DNA of 64,000 bases from Catajapyx aquilonaris (taxonomy: Eukaryota). The stretch covers positions 1 to 64,000 of the forward strand of contig JYFJ02000264.1 in the NCBI GenBank assembly GCA_000934665.2, given 5' to 3'. The notes beneath the pieces were generated by a model that searched no databases, was not told the DNA's origin, and saw nothing but the letters and a program-made list of their open reading frames with translations. Shown piece by piece: positions 51,934 through 64,000 of this stretch. Both the position numbers and the translations under genes were made by a program. Position 1 is the stretch's first letter; each line of letters opens with the position of its first letter.

Positions 51934-54900
51934 GTCGGTGAACCTTCGCTTATAATACAGTATAATTATGGCGATTTTCATTTATTTTTCCATACTAAAC
52001 GTCTTTATTCGATTCATAATGATGGGGAGTTCCAATTAATTTGTTCCAAAGTTCAGGGCTTCTTATGCCAAAACCCGGGTGATTCACAGTTCCCTAAAGA
52101 CCGCGAGCTGTACGAAACGGGGTCACCTGAAAGAGTGACTGCGTTGAGTTTGACAAAATAAAAACATGGCGCCGTCGCAACATAAAATTCCACTCTGGAT
52201 CATGATTCATCTGATCCAGGGCTTCCTGTAAACTGATACGGAGGTGATGTAATATGTTGCTGCAAGTCATTGACTGCTTCAGTTTAGGCGACTGCAGGTT
52301 TACGGTTGGCCATACACCAGTGCGATATGGCTAACAATGTAAATAACTAACAGTGTAGAATTGCATTATTTTGCGTACAATATAGTTACTTAGAAATTGC
52401 GGGCAACCTGTGTTATATTTCGTAAATATTGAATGACAAAGTTGCTTTCTTGACAGGACAGTTGATAGGCGTAAGCAGTTTGTAAGGAGAGTTAAATTAC
52501 CCTAAGGTGTATTACTGACAACGTTAAACGCTGCATAAGCGTATATCCTGCAGCATAAGACTGGATTTTGTTAAGTATTCGTTGAAAATAAATGTTTTTA
52601 AAACTCGTCAGGTACAACTTGTTGTTATATTATTGCTGCATATTTTTCATGGAGTATGCAGTAAACCAGATTGCGTTGTTTTTATTACGCTTGTAAATAA
52701 CAAAAAGAAAATAAAACAGCAAGAAACCACTTTATCACGCGAATCATGAAAGGCGGTGAAACATCTTTCATCTCGGGCTGCGCTTCACTCAGAAATTCAC
52801 ACTCATGATTGTGAGGGGGAAAGAAAAGAAAGATAAGGTCGCCACGGAAATTACCTCCAATCTTTCAGCTACCAGGACCAAACGGGCCGTCCTTGAAATT
52901 ACTTAAAATCAGCCTTTTGGTAATCTCTGGCTCCACCTTGCCTCCTCCCACCTGTCGCATTTATACCATGTAAGGTAAGATGTGTGTAGTTACGTATTGA
53001 CCAATAATATAGACCATGTAGGGATTATAATGCAGTGCAAAAAGAATAATGAAGTATTAATTTGGCTGCCATTGTCCATTACAGAAACAGAAATGATGCT
53101 GGTTGCAGATAGTGCTATGATTAGTACAGTACCGTGTTTCACCGAATACAGTTTATTTAGGTGTCGTTTTACTTAACTTTGTTATCCTTTGTATGAATTA
53201 AAACTAAAAAAATTATCTCGAGTGCGTTGAATATACAGACAAGTGGAGTATTTTTCCATGCTTTGTTTAGTTTTGCATGTGCACATGTATGGGTTTCAGT
53301 ACAGTACAGTGACCTGCTCTGTACCCATAACATTAGCATAGGGCCATAGTCCACCTCTACAGTTCCTTTCACCGTGTAACGCAAATGTGAAGAGCCATGT
53401 TCTTGAAAACTTGATTACGTCGTAGCTTACGATGTGGACATCTCCAAATTGGTCTTGTAAACCTACACTCCTCGGGACCTTTGCAGACGAACTTTTTGTA
53501 CCCGCACATTCATCTTCTTAGAATTACCAAGACTCGACAAAAACGGGACAGACAGGCCCCTAACGCACTTGACCCTCACCTGCCAGCAAAGAAATAGAAA
53601 AGTCTTTACGAGCCCATTTTCTTCTTTATTACGTCTGGCTTAGTTAAAAGACGCGAACTCACTGTCTTCTCTTTCGACGTAAAACTCATCATCAGTCGCC
53701 TTTGCTTACTTTGAACTTTCCTACCGTACAGCCATATATACGGTACATTTTGGAACCCTTAAATCTGAGCTATAGTGAACAAAAAATCCGGTTGTTATTG
53801 AGACCGGGTAAAGGGTTTGGCAATGTAATTTCCCCGAAGAAAAGAGCATCAAAATTCATGAATGCCAGATAGGGTGAATACGATTGGCGCCTGCTGCAAT
53901 TAATCTGTTCCACTTCTCCGTCCGCTCTTCAGACGAATCTCTGGAGTCGTCATCGTCGCGATTCTACTCGCTGAGCTAACTTGCGGTGACGTGTCGCCTC
54001 TAAGGGACTAGGCAAGAATAACTCTTAGCCGCCTGTGGGGGGGTCTGGGAAATTAGCTATACCTCAGTAGCCATAATTGGACAAAAGTGTAATAAAGTAT
54101 GATTATTTGCGCACTTTTTGTAGAATATCAGGCAAATAAATGAGAATTCATACCAATATTAGCTGGCAATTAATAGAGCTTTCAACTATAAAGCGAGCGA
54201 CCTTAAGTGCAAGGGAAGTTGTTGACCTTCAATAAGCCAGGGTCAAGGTTCCACTTTTTAGTGCCATTCTAAGCTGAACAGTAAACAGAAAAATACTTGG
54301 GAGACAGGGTCTCGCTGTGTTTTTTTTTCCTCCATCAGCGCCATTTCATATTGATTTTTGTGAAACGAAAGGGAGGGTTATTTTTTCGCTCTGCTTCATC
54401 CAAACACGATTTCCGACAAAAACTGCTCTGAATATCGCGGAAAGCGAATCAGTAGTCGAACGAGAAGCGCTGCAAAAGCTGGTCGTTTTTTTTTTAAAAA
54501 CAAATCTACCGCCAGTGGCAGATATGTGAAGTCAGCAGTCAGCGAGGATAAACTTGCATACATGAATCATTATCCAGTGTATTCCACATGGATTCCTCTT
54601 TATTAACTCGTAGCGCTCTTCATATTCCCACTACTGTTTGCATACAACTGGCTCCATTTCATATTTTGATTATGCAAACCTACACTGATTTTTCATAAAT
54701 TACCACAGATTATCGGGTTAACTAGATTTCCAGGTTGATTCTCCCCATCGATAAATAACCTGCCATCTTTCTGGCTTGTGTAATACCATTTCAGTTTAAT
54801 TTAACGCTGCTGGTCTACTGTATAGCAAATTCATAGGCAATATTGTATGCAACAAGCACAAAAGGCCAGACCCGGAATTATGTCCCATAATAAAGGGATT

Positions 54901-57900
54901 ATTTTGCTGCAACTGTTGCTATTAATTAAGCGTACTGTGTATTATAACGGATGGTTAAATAGCAGTAGTTTAATGAGAGAGACTATTAGTTAGTCAGATG
55001 TTTTTGAGTTTACTTCAATTCCGAATGAGTCATTTTTAATTTTACATTTAATTTAAATGCTGCAAAACGTGTAGCAAAAAAAACTGAAGAGTGTAAATGG
55101 CGATCCTCTTTGGATGACCCTAAAATACTGTGGGTTTGCAAAAACCATTGACTGGATGACCATCTGGGCGGTTTCCCGAAAGAGGCAGCTGTGATGCGGA
55201 CCGTGTTTATCCACCGTGCGTATATCGTGTGTGCATGCATATGTGGAGAACAGGGAGGAGAATGTGATGGAGGGGGGGATGGGGGTTATAGGCAGCTGCT
55301 GCTGGCTTCATTAACATGCAATCTAATGGCCAGCTGGAGGATTTTTTTTAAAAAAGGCTGGCTTTTAACTCCCTATCAGACAACCAGTGTTTCTTGCAAA
55401 CAGGCTAACTTTCCTCAATTGTGCGGTAATAAAGGAGGCCACTGCTTTTCAAGTTCGAAAGTTAAAGAGCGCAGTGCTTCTTAAAGGGGTGGCCTTGACC
55501 TTTGTGATGTCGACTGGCTGACAGATGGCGCGCGCGTGCTAACTGCTCCACTTGCCGCTAGGGAGAGCTGTTTAGATTTTATTTTATTTAAAAAAAAAAA
55601 GGACTGCGAAAATCTGAGTTCTTATAGAAGCTTGAACTCTTAGGCAGTATGTTCTCAGCCGAGATACGATGGGATCAGCAGTCTATTCCTAATTGGAGGG
55701 CGAAAAGCTGTGAGGGAGAGACGCCCCTTCTGATTACGACAAATTGCTTCAACGTGACTACCCCCTGGGGAGGTGCAGGCTGAGGGGGTAAGAGTGTGGG
55801 TGGAAGATTTGAGGACCTGAGGGGAGGATGGAGGATGCCAATACTATGTTGGCACCTCTGAAACGGATTTCATGATTTGTACTTACCTTTGCTCAAAAAT
55901 ATACGTTTTGACAATTTGGAAGGGGAATACTGTACGGTTACGAGGTAATTGGATAGGGGGATGTACACAAAGGAAGAGACTTATGGGTTAATTTCCAGGT
56001 GGAAATTAACAGTCGGTTCATTCCCGAAGTGGAACCGATACGTATCTGTGAAGATCCCACACTGAGTTAGCGAGGTAAGTTGGAGTGAGAGAGAAGAAAT
56101 GACGGTTATTTCAGAGGGGTTTTAGTGCGTTTCCTTCTGTAAGGTTCCTCCCAACTGATTTAGAAAAGATTCCGTTCCAACACAAGGCGACAGAGAAATA
56201 TATCACGTGACTATCGCTTTCTTCCATCGTTCACCCCCCTTACTCATAAAGGTGTAAATAATGTTCACATATTTCTTCTCTTGGGAGGGGGAAGGAGGGA
56301 GGGAGTTCAAAATTATTTTTCTCCCTTCCTTACCGCACCCTCTATCCTATTCCTGGACTTTTTGAAAGTCACACCGACAGGGCACGAAGAATGGCTCGGT
56401 TGATATGCAGAATATTGTTTTCTCTAATTAAAATATGGCGCATTTTTTCAGAATAGTTGAAATGTTTATGGTTAAGTTAAACGCGTGTCTCCTATCTATG
56501 TTCAGGTATGATAACAACATGTGGCTTAATATTTCTGCGCAAGTCATACGTAGCTATATTTGTTCAATTTGAAGTGTTCACAGATGATATACCGGTACTC
56601 TTATACATATTTAAAACATTCATTTACAACAACTAATAAAATTGCTCAATTTTGAAAATGGGGCTAAGTCTTTTAAGTTTATTGGTGGTATAGTCTACTA
56701 TAAATTAATGATTACTACTGTTACTACATTTGCATCATGAGAATTTGTAAATAAAATTCTGCTGGTCCAGACGACCATAAACATAAAAGTCCCATTATTA
56801 TAATTTACGATATTGGTCCATGACCCAATACATTCCTCACATGGTCAAGGAAATAATGACCAGCAGCCTTTGACTCATCAAAATGATTTCGTTCATATGG
56901 AATAGAGGTCTTCAGGTTATTAAGAACCAGACGGAGATTTCTCACGCCTCAGAGTGCGTGGAATTAATTAAGCCTGCGAGGGGTTTAAATCATAAAAAAA
57001 AAGCAAGGGGTGGTAGGTGATGGGTTGGCAGAAGTCATGCAAAGCGCTACACACGTGTGATCACCATCGTTGTAACGGGTGTTGCCAACCGTCAGATCCC
57101 ATTCTACAAAACGTTTACCACTAATTCTAAATTATGACCCCCTTTCCTTACGTTTTTATTTCACATCAGGCTGCGAGTAGGCAGGAAATTAGGAGTTAGA
57201 CCTATATAAGGAGGGTTTCCTGAAGCACATTTACATACTTGATTTTCAGTTGAGCAGAAGGCAGAAATTAGCAATTGGACATGCGCGAGTGTGGATTTAA
57301 TCTATGTCATCGACTGGTGAAACTCCACAATTTGAACCCGAAGGCAGCTGGAGGCAGGTCAGTTCGAGGGTGAAGTTAGGACAGCAGCCCCTAAAGTTGA
57401 TTAAATTTTCGCGCTAAATTAATGCATGTATAGTGGATGTAAAAGCAGCAGGGTGGAAAGGAAGGAGAAAGATGGCGAGCATATTTCCCTTTAAAGATTG
57501 AGACAGGAATGATTTGAAACCTTGTCGCCTGAAATTAATGCGCACTTCCTTAGTTAGCGCTTGTCTGGGAGATGCAACAGATGTCAACCATCGATTTCCC
57601 ATCGGTGAGTGTACCGGTGGGAGAACTGCCCTCCAATTCATTAATATTGCAGGAACAGTCTGGATTTAGCAGAGAAGCCATTCCCTTATACTGTACCCAG
57701 TCGCGTGTTTCGTGATATGCTTACAGTAATTATATGTAATAATATTGCTTTAAACTATACACTAATTCGTATGTGTATTAATTTTCTTCAGGAACTTGCG
57801 CGCAAAAGCAGCCCTAATCACTGGTTACAGTGTAGTATGTTGCGTGCAGTTATCGCATAAATTCAGGCGCTATTTCTGTAGACTACGTGTTTTATTTACT

Positions 57901-60900
57901 TTATTTTCCAATGTAAAATACATGGAGATTTACGTGTATAATCGTGCAGGTGATGCTTCAACTAAATTCTGCCGCAGGTCTGTTACTTAGGCTACTCGAT
58001 TATGATCGCCTGCGTCCATTGCTAGTTCAACAAAATACTAATCAGTATGCACTAAAAATGTAGCAGTTATTTTTCGACGTAACCATTCACTCGAAATGCC
58101 CTGGACGAGCCCCGGAGCTACAGCTATTTTGTACGAGATTAAACTACAATATCACAAATTAAAAATTCAATTTTTATGACTATCAAAAACGCATGCATGG
58201 CTACGGGTAATAAATGTCACTTTCATACCATAAGACATACTGGTAGCATGTCCTGGTTCCTGCAAAATATGTTCTTGAAGCCATTATGCATGCAACTGCG
58301 TGTAATAATGTATACAGGACAATGCATATGCCAATGCACTGTATAACGTCAACGTTCTCCGATGCGATATTTGTTGCGAGGGTGAAAATAGCCCGAGGTA
58401 AAATGTACGTACTACGTATTGGTCCGCACCAACCGTTTCAGAAATAGATGATCAAAGGTCATAGACTCGTCCAGGTAGCAAGTCACAAGAAAGCAACAAA
58501 AAAAAAGTCGATATGCAAATAACCATCGGCGAAAGTGCAGTTCCCGGAAATGGAAGTGTTGAGTGTATTTACCCGAGTGGGAGTTGAACGCCCGAGGGAA
58601 TCACCTTCCATAATCCCGACCATTATGAAAGTTAGATGAGGGTTCGCAATAATGAATGATGGATTCTAACGCAATTCCTAACTGATCAATCAACTCGGCG
58701 GGACCCATAACTCCCGTAATTGTGAGTCCCTCTGATAAATGAACTTGCACAAATCAATGAGTGCAATGCACTTTCTTTCTCCCACTGTAATTGCAGCTAT
58801 ACCACCGCATGCATAATGATTGTTTACGAGTATGAGCCCGACTCTATTCCTGCAGCTGCTGCTTTGTATACAAACACACTTACTGTAGGGACTATTGTCG
58901 TTGAATTTATATCCCCCAACACTCGGCTGAATACTAACGCGGTGTCGGCTATAACTGCTATGAATATAAATTCATTGTTCCCTTATGAGCTTGCATAGAA
59001 CCAGACCCTTTTTTTACTGAATACAGCTGAACACATTTTTATTGCTTTGGGATCAATTGATCGCACCCCGATCGAAACTGGCTCTTGGTGTTAGATCCCC
59101 CCCCATACGTCTAACGGTACAGAATCTTCAGGAAGATCAGGAAACCATTCACGCCATCAGGATATAAATCTTTGAACCGAGATTTGAACCCAGGACCGCA
59201 GCTGTGAGGGTCAAATCACCCCCAAAGGAGAAGCTGCAACCCTGATTCATGGCTGTGGCTACAAAATTCTCACAAAAGGCCACGACCACTGACCACTTGA
59301 AGTGGGCAGACCTCCATGTTTTCCTACCTAACGTTAGCCATTCAGGGCTATAAAAATGGTCCTGAATATCACCTACGTGATTCCTTGCCATGTTGCCAGC
59401 AGGATTGAGGGGGAAGTGGACTTTTCTTCCCCCCATACATACGAGTGCTGAGTGAGCAGATCACTGCTAATGAGGGACGAAGGGAAAGACCTAGGGGAAT
59501 GCCGAGGGAACAGAATCACGCCCAAAGCCCCAAAAAATAGGCGGAGATTGGGGGGACCTGCTTTTCCGGAATTCAGATTACTATAGGACCTTTTCCTCAG
59601 CAAATTGGGGGTCTTCACTTGGATTGGAACAGACAGGAAAATTTATTACATATGCACTCCATTTTTTTATCAAATCCTCAGCATCTTTATTAATTCTGAG
59701 ATTAGCCACAGCGCATGGCAACCACCGCATGAGTCACTAGTAAAAGAACGAGGGGGCAAAAAAAGCCTAGCTACAGGGGAGAATGGGTCAAAAGGGATGA
59801 GAATGGGTTGGCCTAATATCGGTCGGGCCATATGGGTCACCCTCTCTACCCCCTGCAGCACTTTGAAAAGTCCTACCCAGCACTGATCGATGGAGGGTTG
59901 CTTCCTAAGCGATTCCAATTTCTCTTTTTGTCCGGGTAGGCAAAGGGGGGAAAAGCAGATGGGTGCCAAAAACCTCTGGCTAATTATGCGCATTAGCAAT
60001 CTCTGCGGTAATCAGTGAGATTCATAATGTACCGGTCGTATAGTCAAGATTATGCGGGAATGGTGTGGATTAGGTTTTCAAAGGGGAAAATCATGGGTCG
60101 GACCGCTTGCACTGCTGCGATAAGTTCATCAAAATGGATTTTTTTTGGCCAGTGATGGTGTACTGTATTATGCTGCATTATTGCAGATTGTTTCTGATTA
60201 GGGCTTGCAAATTTTACGCGGTGACAGGCCGATGAAGTTTTGTCGTGCCCTGCTCTGCAAATATAGTCCAATGCAAATATGCGCAGGTTGGGAAAGAATG
60301 CCTGTGTTTCAAGTAGTTTAGCCGTGCTACTTTCAATAATGAGCTTCACAACATGTAATCTTGTGCAAATCTGCTTCAAAAATATTGTGGATGACAATAA
60401 TTTGAAACATGATTATGGTGACGGATATGAAGGATTTCTGATGAATAATGTAGGCTGAGTTTTAACGCGGGCAATCAATGAATGGCTACCCTATACGGCT
60501 TATCACACAACAAACAATGCGATCCCCTATGATGACAACTGACATGTCGAGCCAGCGTGGAATATTATGTTACCTGACTCACAACATGACACTAACTGCG
60601 GTAGAGGCATGTAAATCGCAGATCTGTTGAATCATTTCACTATACAGATAACATATATAGCTCCGTTTATGCCGCAGGTAACAGTTTAATTATGGATTGT
60701 GCCGCCATTACAAATTAAGAATTTGCAAACCCGCAAGAGACCACTCAATGCCACCCATTATGCCATCATGGCCAAAGCTCATACGTACACATAGGCTAAC
60801 TTAAATAATACAACGATCCAGTGTCCTAATGAGGTGTCAAGGATGTTACTTGGCTATTTTCGTCTGGGCGAAATATTACGATTCAGAAATTTTATCTGGT

Positions 60901-63900
60901 TAACTTCACCAGTTGGGAACTCAATCACAATAGGCCTATTATGGACCTTGGAGAGAGAAAATGTCATAATTTTGCAATTTGTTTGAAGGACATTATTTAG
61001 AATGCACTTACAATAGGCCTACTTAGTCCTTAGCATTTTTTAACACTATGAGACAACATTACACACACTACTAATCATTTCAGCCAAAGCGTGCACCAGA
61101 ATATGATTGATTATGTCATCCTTGATTGTGACAAGTATGATCACAGGATTGCAAGGTCAACGACCGCCGTTGTGGTATCCCCTAAGCGGCTAGTTGTGTG
61201 GTATGCTATTAATTTATTGATGCCGCCAATTATCTGACTGATGGCTTTCCAATTTTGGACACACAGTGGCATTGTTTATTTGAGGTCACATTCAATGCTA
61301 CGTTGCATCCCCATGAGGTTTGCCATTGTACATGTATTACATTTAATGTGGGTTTATGAATCAGTTTTTGAGATGCGCATAAATGTATTTTTTTCTCGCA
61401 ACTTGTATTTTTAAAACATTTCATTGCAGCTATCTAATTGCATTGTTGATGCCGTTTTAAAACATGTAAAACATGGCTTTAAAACTCAAGTCCCAATGTT
61501 GAAAGCTGTCGCGCAGTATAGCCAGAAAAAAACACCCAACACAAAGTGCTACGACAAATGAACAAAAATAGTTCCTTTCATCGGGCCGCAGACAATGTTG
61601 GCCAACACTTAACTAGTGCCTTTCAATGTCAGCTTTTGTTGCGTAATTCAGTTTGTTGGCCTGCAAAAGATCTGACGCTCTCTCGCCCTCCTATACTGTA
61701 TAAGTCCAACCATCTCTCACTCTCTCGCCCTCTGGAGGCCTGCACGTGGAAAAGCACTAATGGGCTCCACAAACTCAGCCCTTGCCTAAATAATGCAAGC
61801 AACTGGTCCCCATTGTGCTTGATTGCCAGGAATTGGGAGCTACAACTAGTTGCTGACAGGGGAAAATAGGAGGAGGAGGAGGGGACTACTTGGGGGAGTC
61901 CGATTGGGGGCTTTAGACGGAATGAACCGTCGTACTTGAACTCCAAAATAGCCAGGAAGGATATCAAGAAAGGGCTAGATCTGAACATATATTTGAAACT
62001 ACATGGAATGTTATGGCGATGGCTCTATAGAGCAGCGGTGTTGTATCTGAAACCTCCCTCCATGTTCGTTACCCGCATCCACGCCATCTTCTGGCGGAAC
62101 TCCTAACTCGGCAACAACCCCATCTATAGGCAATCAGAATATTTTGTTCAAATATACTGGACTAGAATTCCTTCAGGTTAAATGTGGCGTGAAACTTAGG
62201 CTAAAAATGCACGAAACACGCAGGATTAATCAGGTAACGTCGAAAGTGAAGCATAGGTGAGGATCGTGTATGGGTGTTGTCGTCCTAAGAGCACTTAGCA
62301 CCCCCTCCTAGGATGCCTCATAAAAATGCCAGGCACAAGTTGGATTGCGGCTACAGTGTTTCCCCTCCGAAAAATCTATGAGGCCAACAAAAACGAGGAC
62401 GGGATGAGAGAAAAAGAGCACTTTTGTCCCAGATGTGAGTCAGACGACTCGACTGAATCAACAGGGACGTATGCATGAATGCAGCAATCTTGACCCCCCT
62501 CCCTCATACCCTAAATCCCCTGCACTTCTCCCCGAAAAACCTCTCAACCACAGCCTTTAGCAATATGCTTCCGGGCGTCTTAATTCCATCAATTGGAAAA
62601 CTGAATTTCCCGCGCGCCCTTTGATTGCATTAGGTGGGAATGGAGCTACGCATGGCTAAGTGTCACACCCTTAGGGGCGTTATAAGTGATGCTGTAGGAT
62701 AGAAGGGGACATGAATTCCCTCATTCTGATTTGAAGGAAGTCCGAATCAGAAAAATTAGTGAGAAAATTTGGTGTATGGTTGCCATCAGGAGAATACTGT
62801 AGTGTAGGATGTACTTGAGTGGTCAGCTAATGTGATTGTGACTCAGCTATTAACCTGAGTGGACCTGACCATATTTTTGGAGCCATAATGGTGACCCCCT
62901 ACCAGTAACGAATTTTGCCTATGTATGTTACATCACAAATATTTTACACAATAGGAATGCTAAAAATCCTAGGGAATTTAATCACCGACTGTGACAGCAT
63001 ATCCTTTATATGGCTCTGTACATTAGGTATATTGAAAAAGCAAGTTCTTAATTGCAGTTTCTAGTAAGGAAGTTGCGTTAGAGATTTCGCATCTCATGGT
63101 GCTGCGTGTGCGTGGTGCAGGACAGTTGAGCAATGACCCCCATTGGCCTCAGCGTACGATAACGCACTAGTGAAAGAGAGCCTCAAGAGATTGAAAGGAC
63201 TTTTAAGAGCTTCTTATCGTTACCTTTCAGTTTCGCTGGCGAAAACGAATTAACTTCTGTGGAGTGTCAAGAAAAAAAGTGTGTTTAATGCCACTTCTTA
63301 CTAAGCGTCGTACGTCACTTTTATTTCAGACGCTTTCAGTGTAGGCAGGCATCAGCCTCAGATCTGGAAAGCCCGCGGAAAGAGTCCAAATCGGACACAA
63401 GTGTCTCTGGCTCTCAGTTGACTAGTGGGAATTTTTCAAGGGGGTAAAAATAAGGACCGGGGTCATGTAACGTGTTTTGCATCTAGCTGACGTATTGGTG
63501 TTGATATTTTGCACGTGCGTCACGTTTCAGAAATGTTCCGAGTCCACCATAAACAGGCTGTGTATCCTAAATACAGTTGTAATAAACTTACTGTTAAATT
63601 TCATGAACCTGCCTCTGCTCCCACAAAAAGTGGCCGTTTGGTACAACTTCCATTTAAAAAAACCACTAGTGGATACACCCTCCAGGACAAAATAGTTTTC
63701 CTTACCTAGTTCTCATTGGTATAGAACTCACATCAGTAGTTTAGGCGCAATGACGGGTCCAAAATAGATGATGTTTACAGGTCACGAGAAGCTTTCCTAA
63801 TTCGGCCACATGTTTAGTTCTGTACTCCATAGATTTGTTCCCCAATCTTAGACGTCAGACAAATTTATATAGTGTATACTGTACATTTATTTCCCAGATT

Positions 63901-64000
63901 TAAATGAGCGACCTGGTGCGCCTATTGATCAGAAAATTGTGAGCAAATTTATTAGCAAGAAAGCGAGACATAATCCTAACGTACAGTAAAACAGGGGTAC

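Noticed and set aside
51721..52161. Whole 146-aa ORF as the kinase
   Set aside because: The GTG-started extension and the part after 51933 have no kinase motifs (no VAIK, HRD or DFG), so this is read-through into UTR and intron.
53130..53745. Tc1/mariner-type TIR fragments (TACCGTGTTTCACCGAA ... ATACGGTA)
   Set aside because: The ends match for only about 6 bp, too little to define an element.
52835..58530. Candidate kinase exon 2 starts (AG|GTCGCC near 52838, AG|GTAGCA near 58475)
   Set aside because: No VAxK lysine, early stops and poor acceptors. Exon 2 probably lies beyond the window.
59170..59225. B-box-like GGGTTCAAATC on the minus strand
   Set aside because: No A box or SINE body, so at most a decayed fragment.
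1..64000. CRISPR array, operon, rRNA, retrotransposon or transposase ORFs
   Set aside because: No regularly spaced repeats with unique spacers, no dense ORFs and no RT, integrase or transposase motifs in the six-frame track.

Overview
Eukaryotic (animal) genomic DNA, not prokaryotic: gene-poor, with spliceosomal introns, tRNA-derived SINEs and microsatellites, and no operons, CRISPR or rRNA. It is probably a protostome invertebrate (lophotrochozoan-like), but the species cannot be fixed from the sequence. The main feature is a complete three-exon SoxC (Sox4/11/12; Drosophila Sox14 class) gene on the + strand: CDS join(13464..13580,18847..19743,20535..20912), 463 aa, both introns phase 0 GT-AG. 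It has a CpG-rich promoter and first intron and a long, CpG-poor 3' UTR. About 31 kb downstream is the first coding exon (51787..51933) of an AMPK-related (CAMKL; HUNK/SIK/MARK-like) Ser/Thr kinase, and I found no further exons of it in the window. The rest is non-coding: two tRNA-SINEs (one full-length V-domain SINE with a target-site duplication), a hAT-like MITE, microsatellites, and a 391-bp tandem duplication around a single N that is probably an assembly artefact. Nearly all other ORFs in the track look spurious. I found no clear new protein-coding system. The best leads are cis-regulatory: a three-part Myb/GATA-GATA-E2F module present twice around the SoxC start, a cluster of four CACCTG E-boxes beside a Su(H) site, over-represented TGACCTTT and TAGGCCTA words, and a tandem SUMO-motif block in SoxC. 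All motif counts are by eye and are minimum values.
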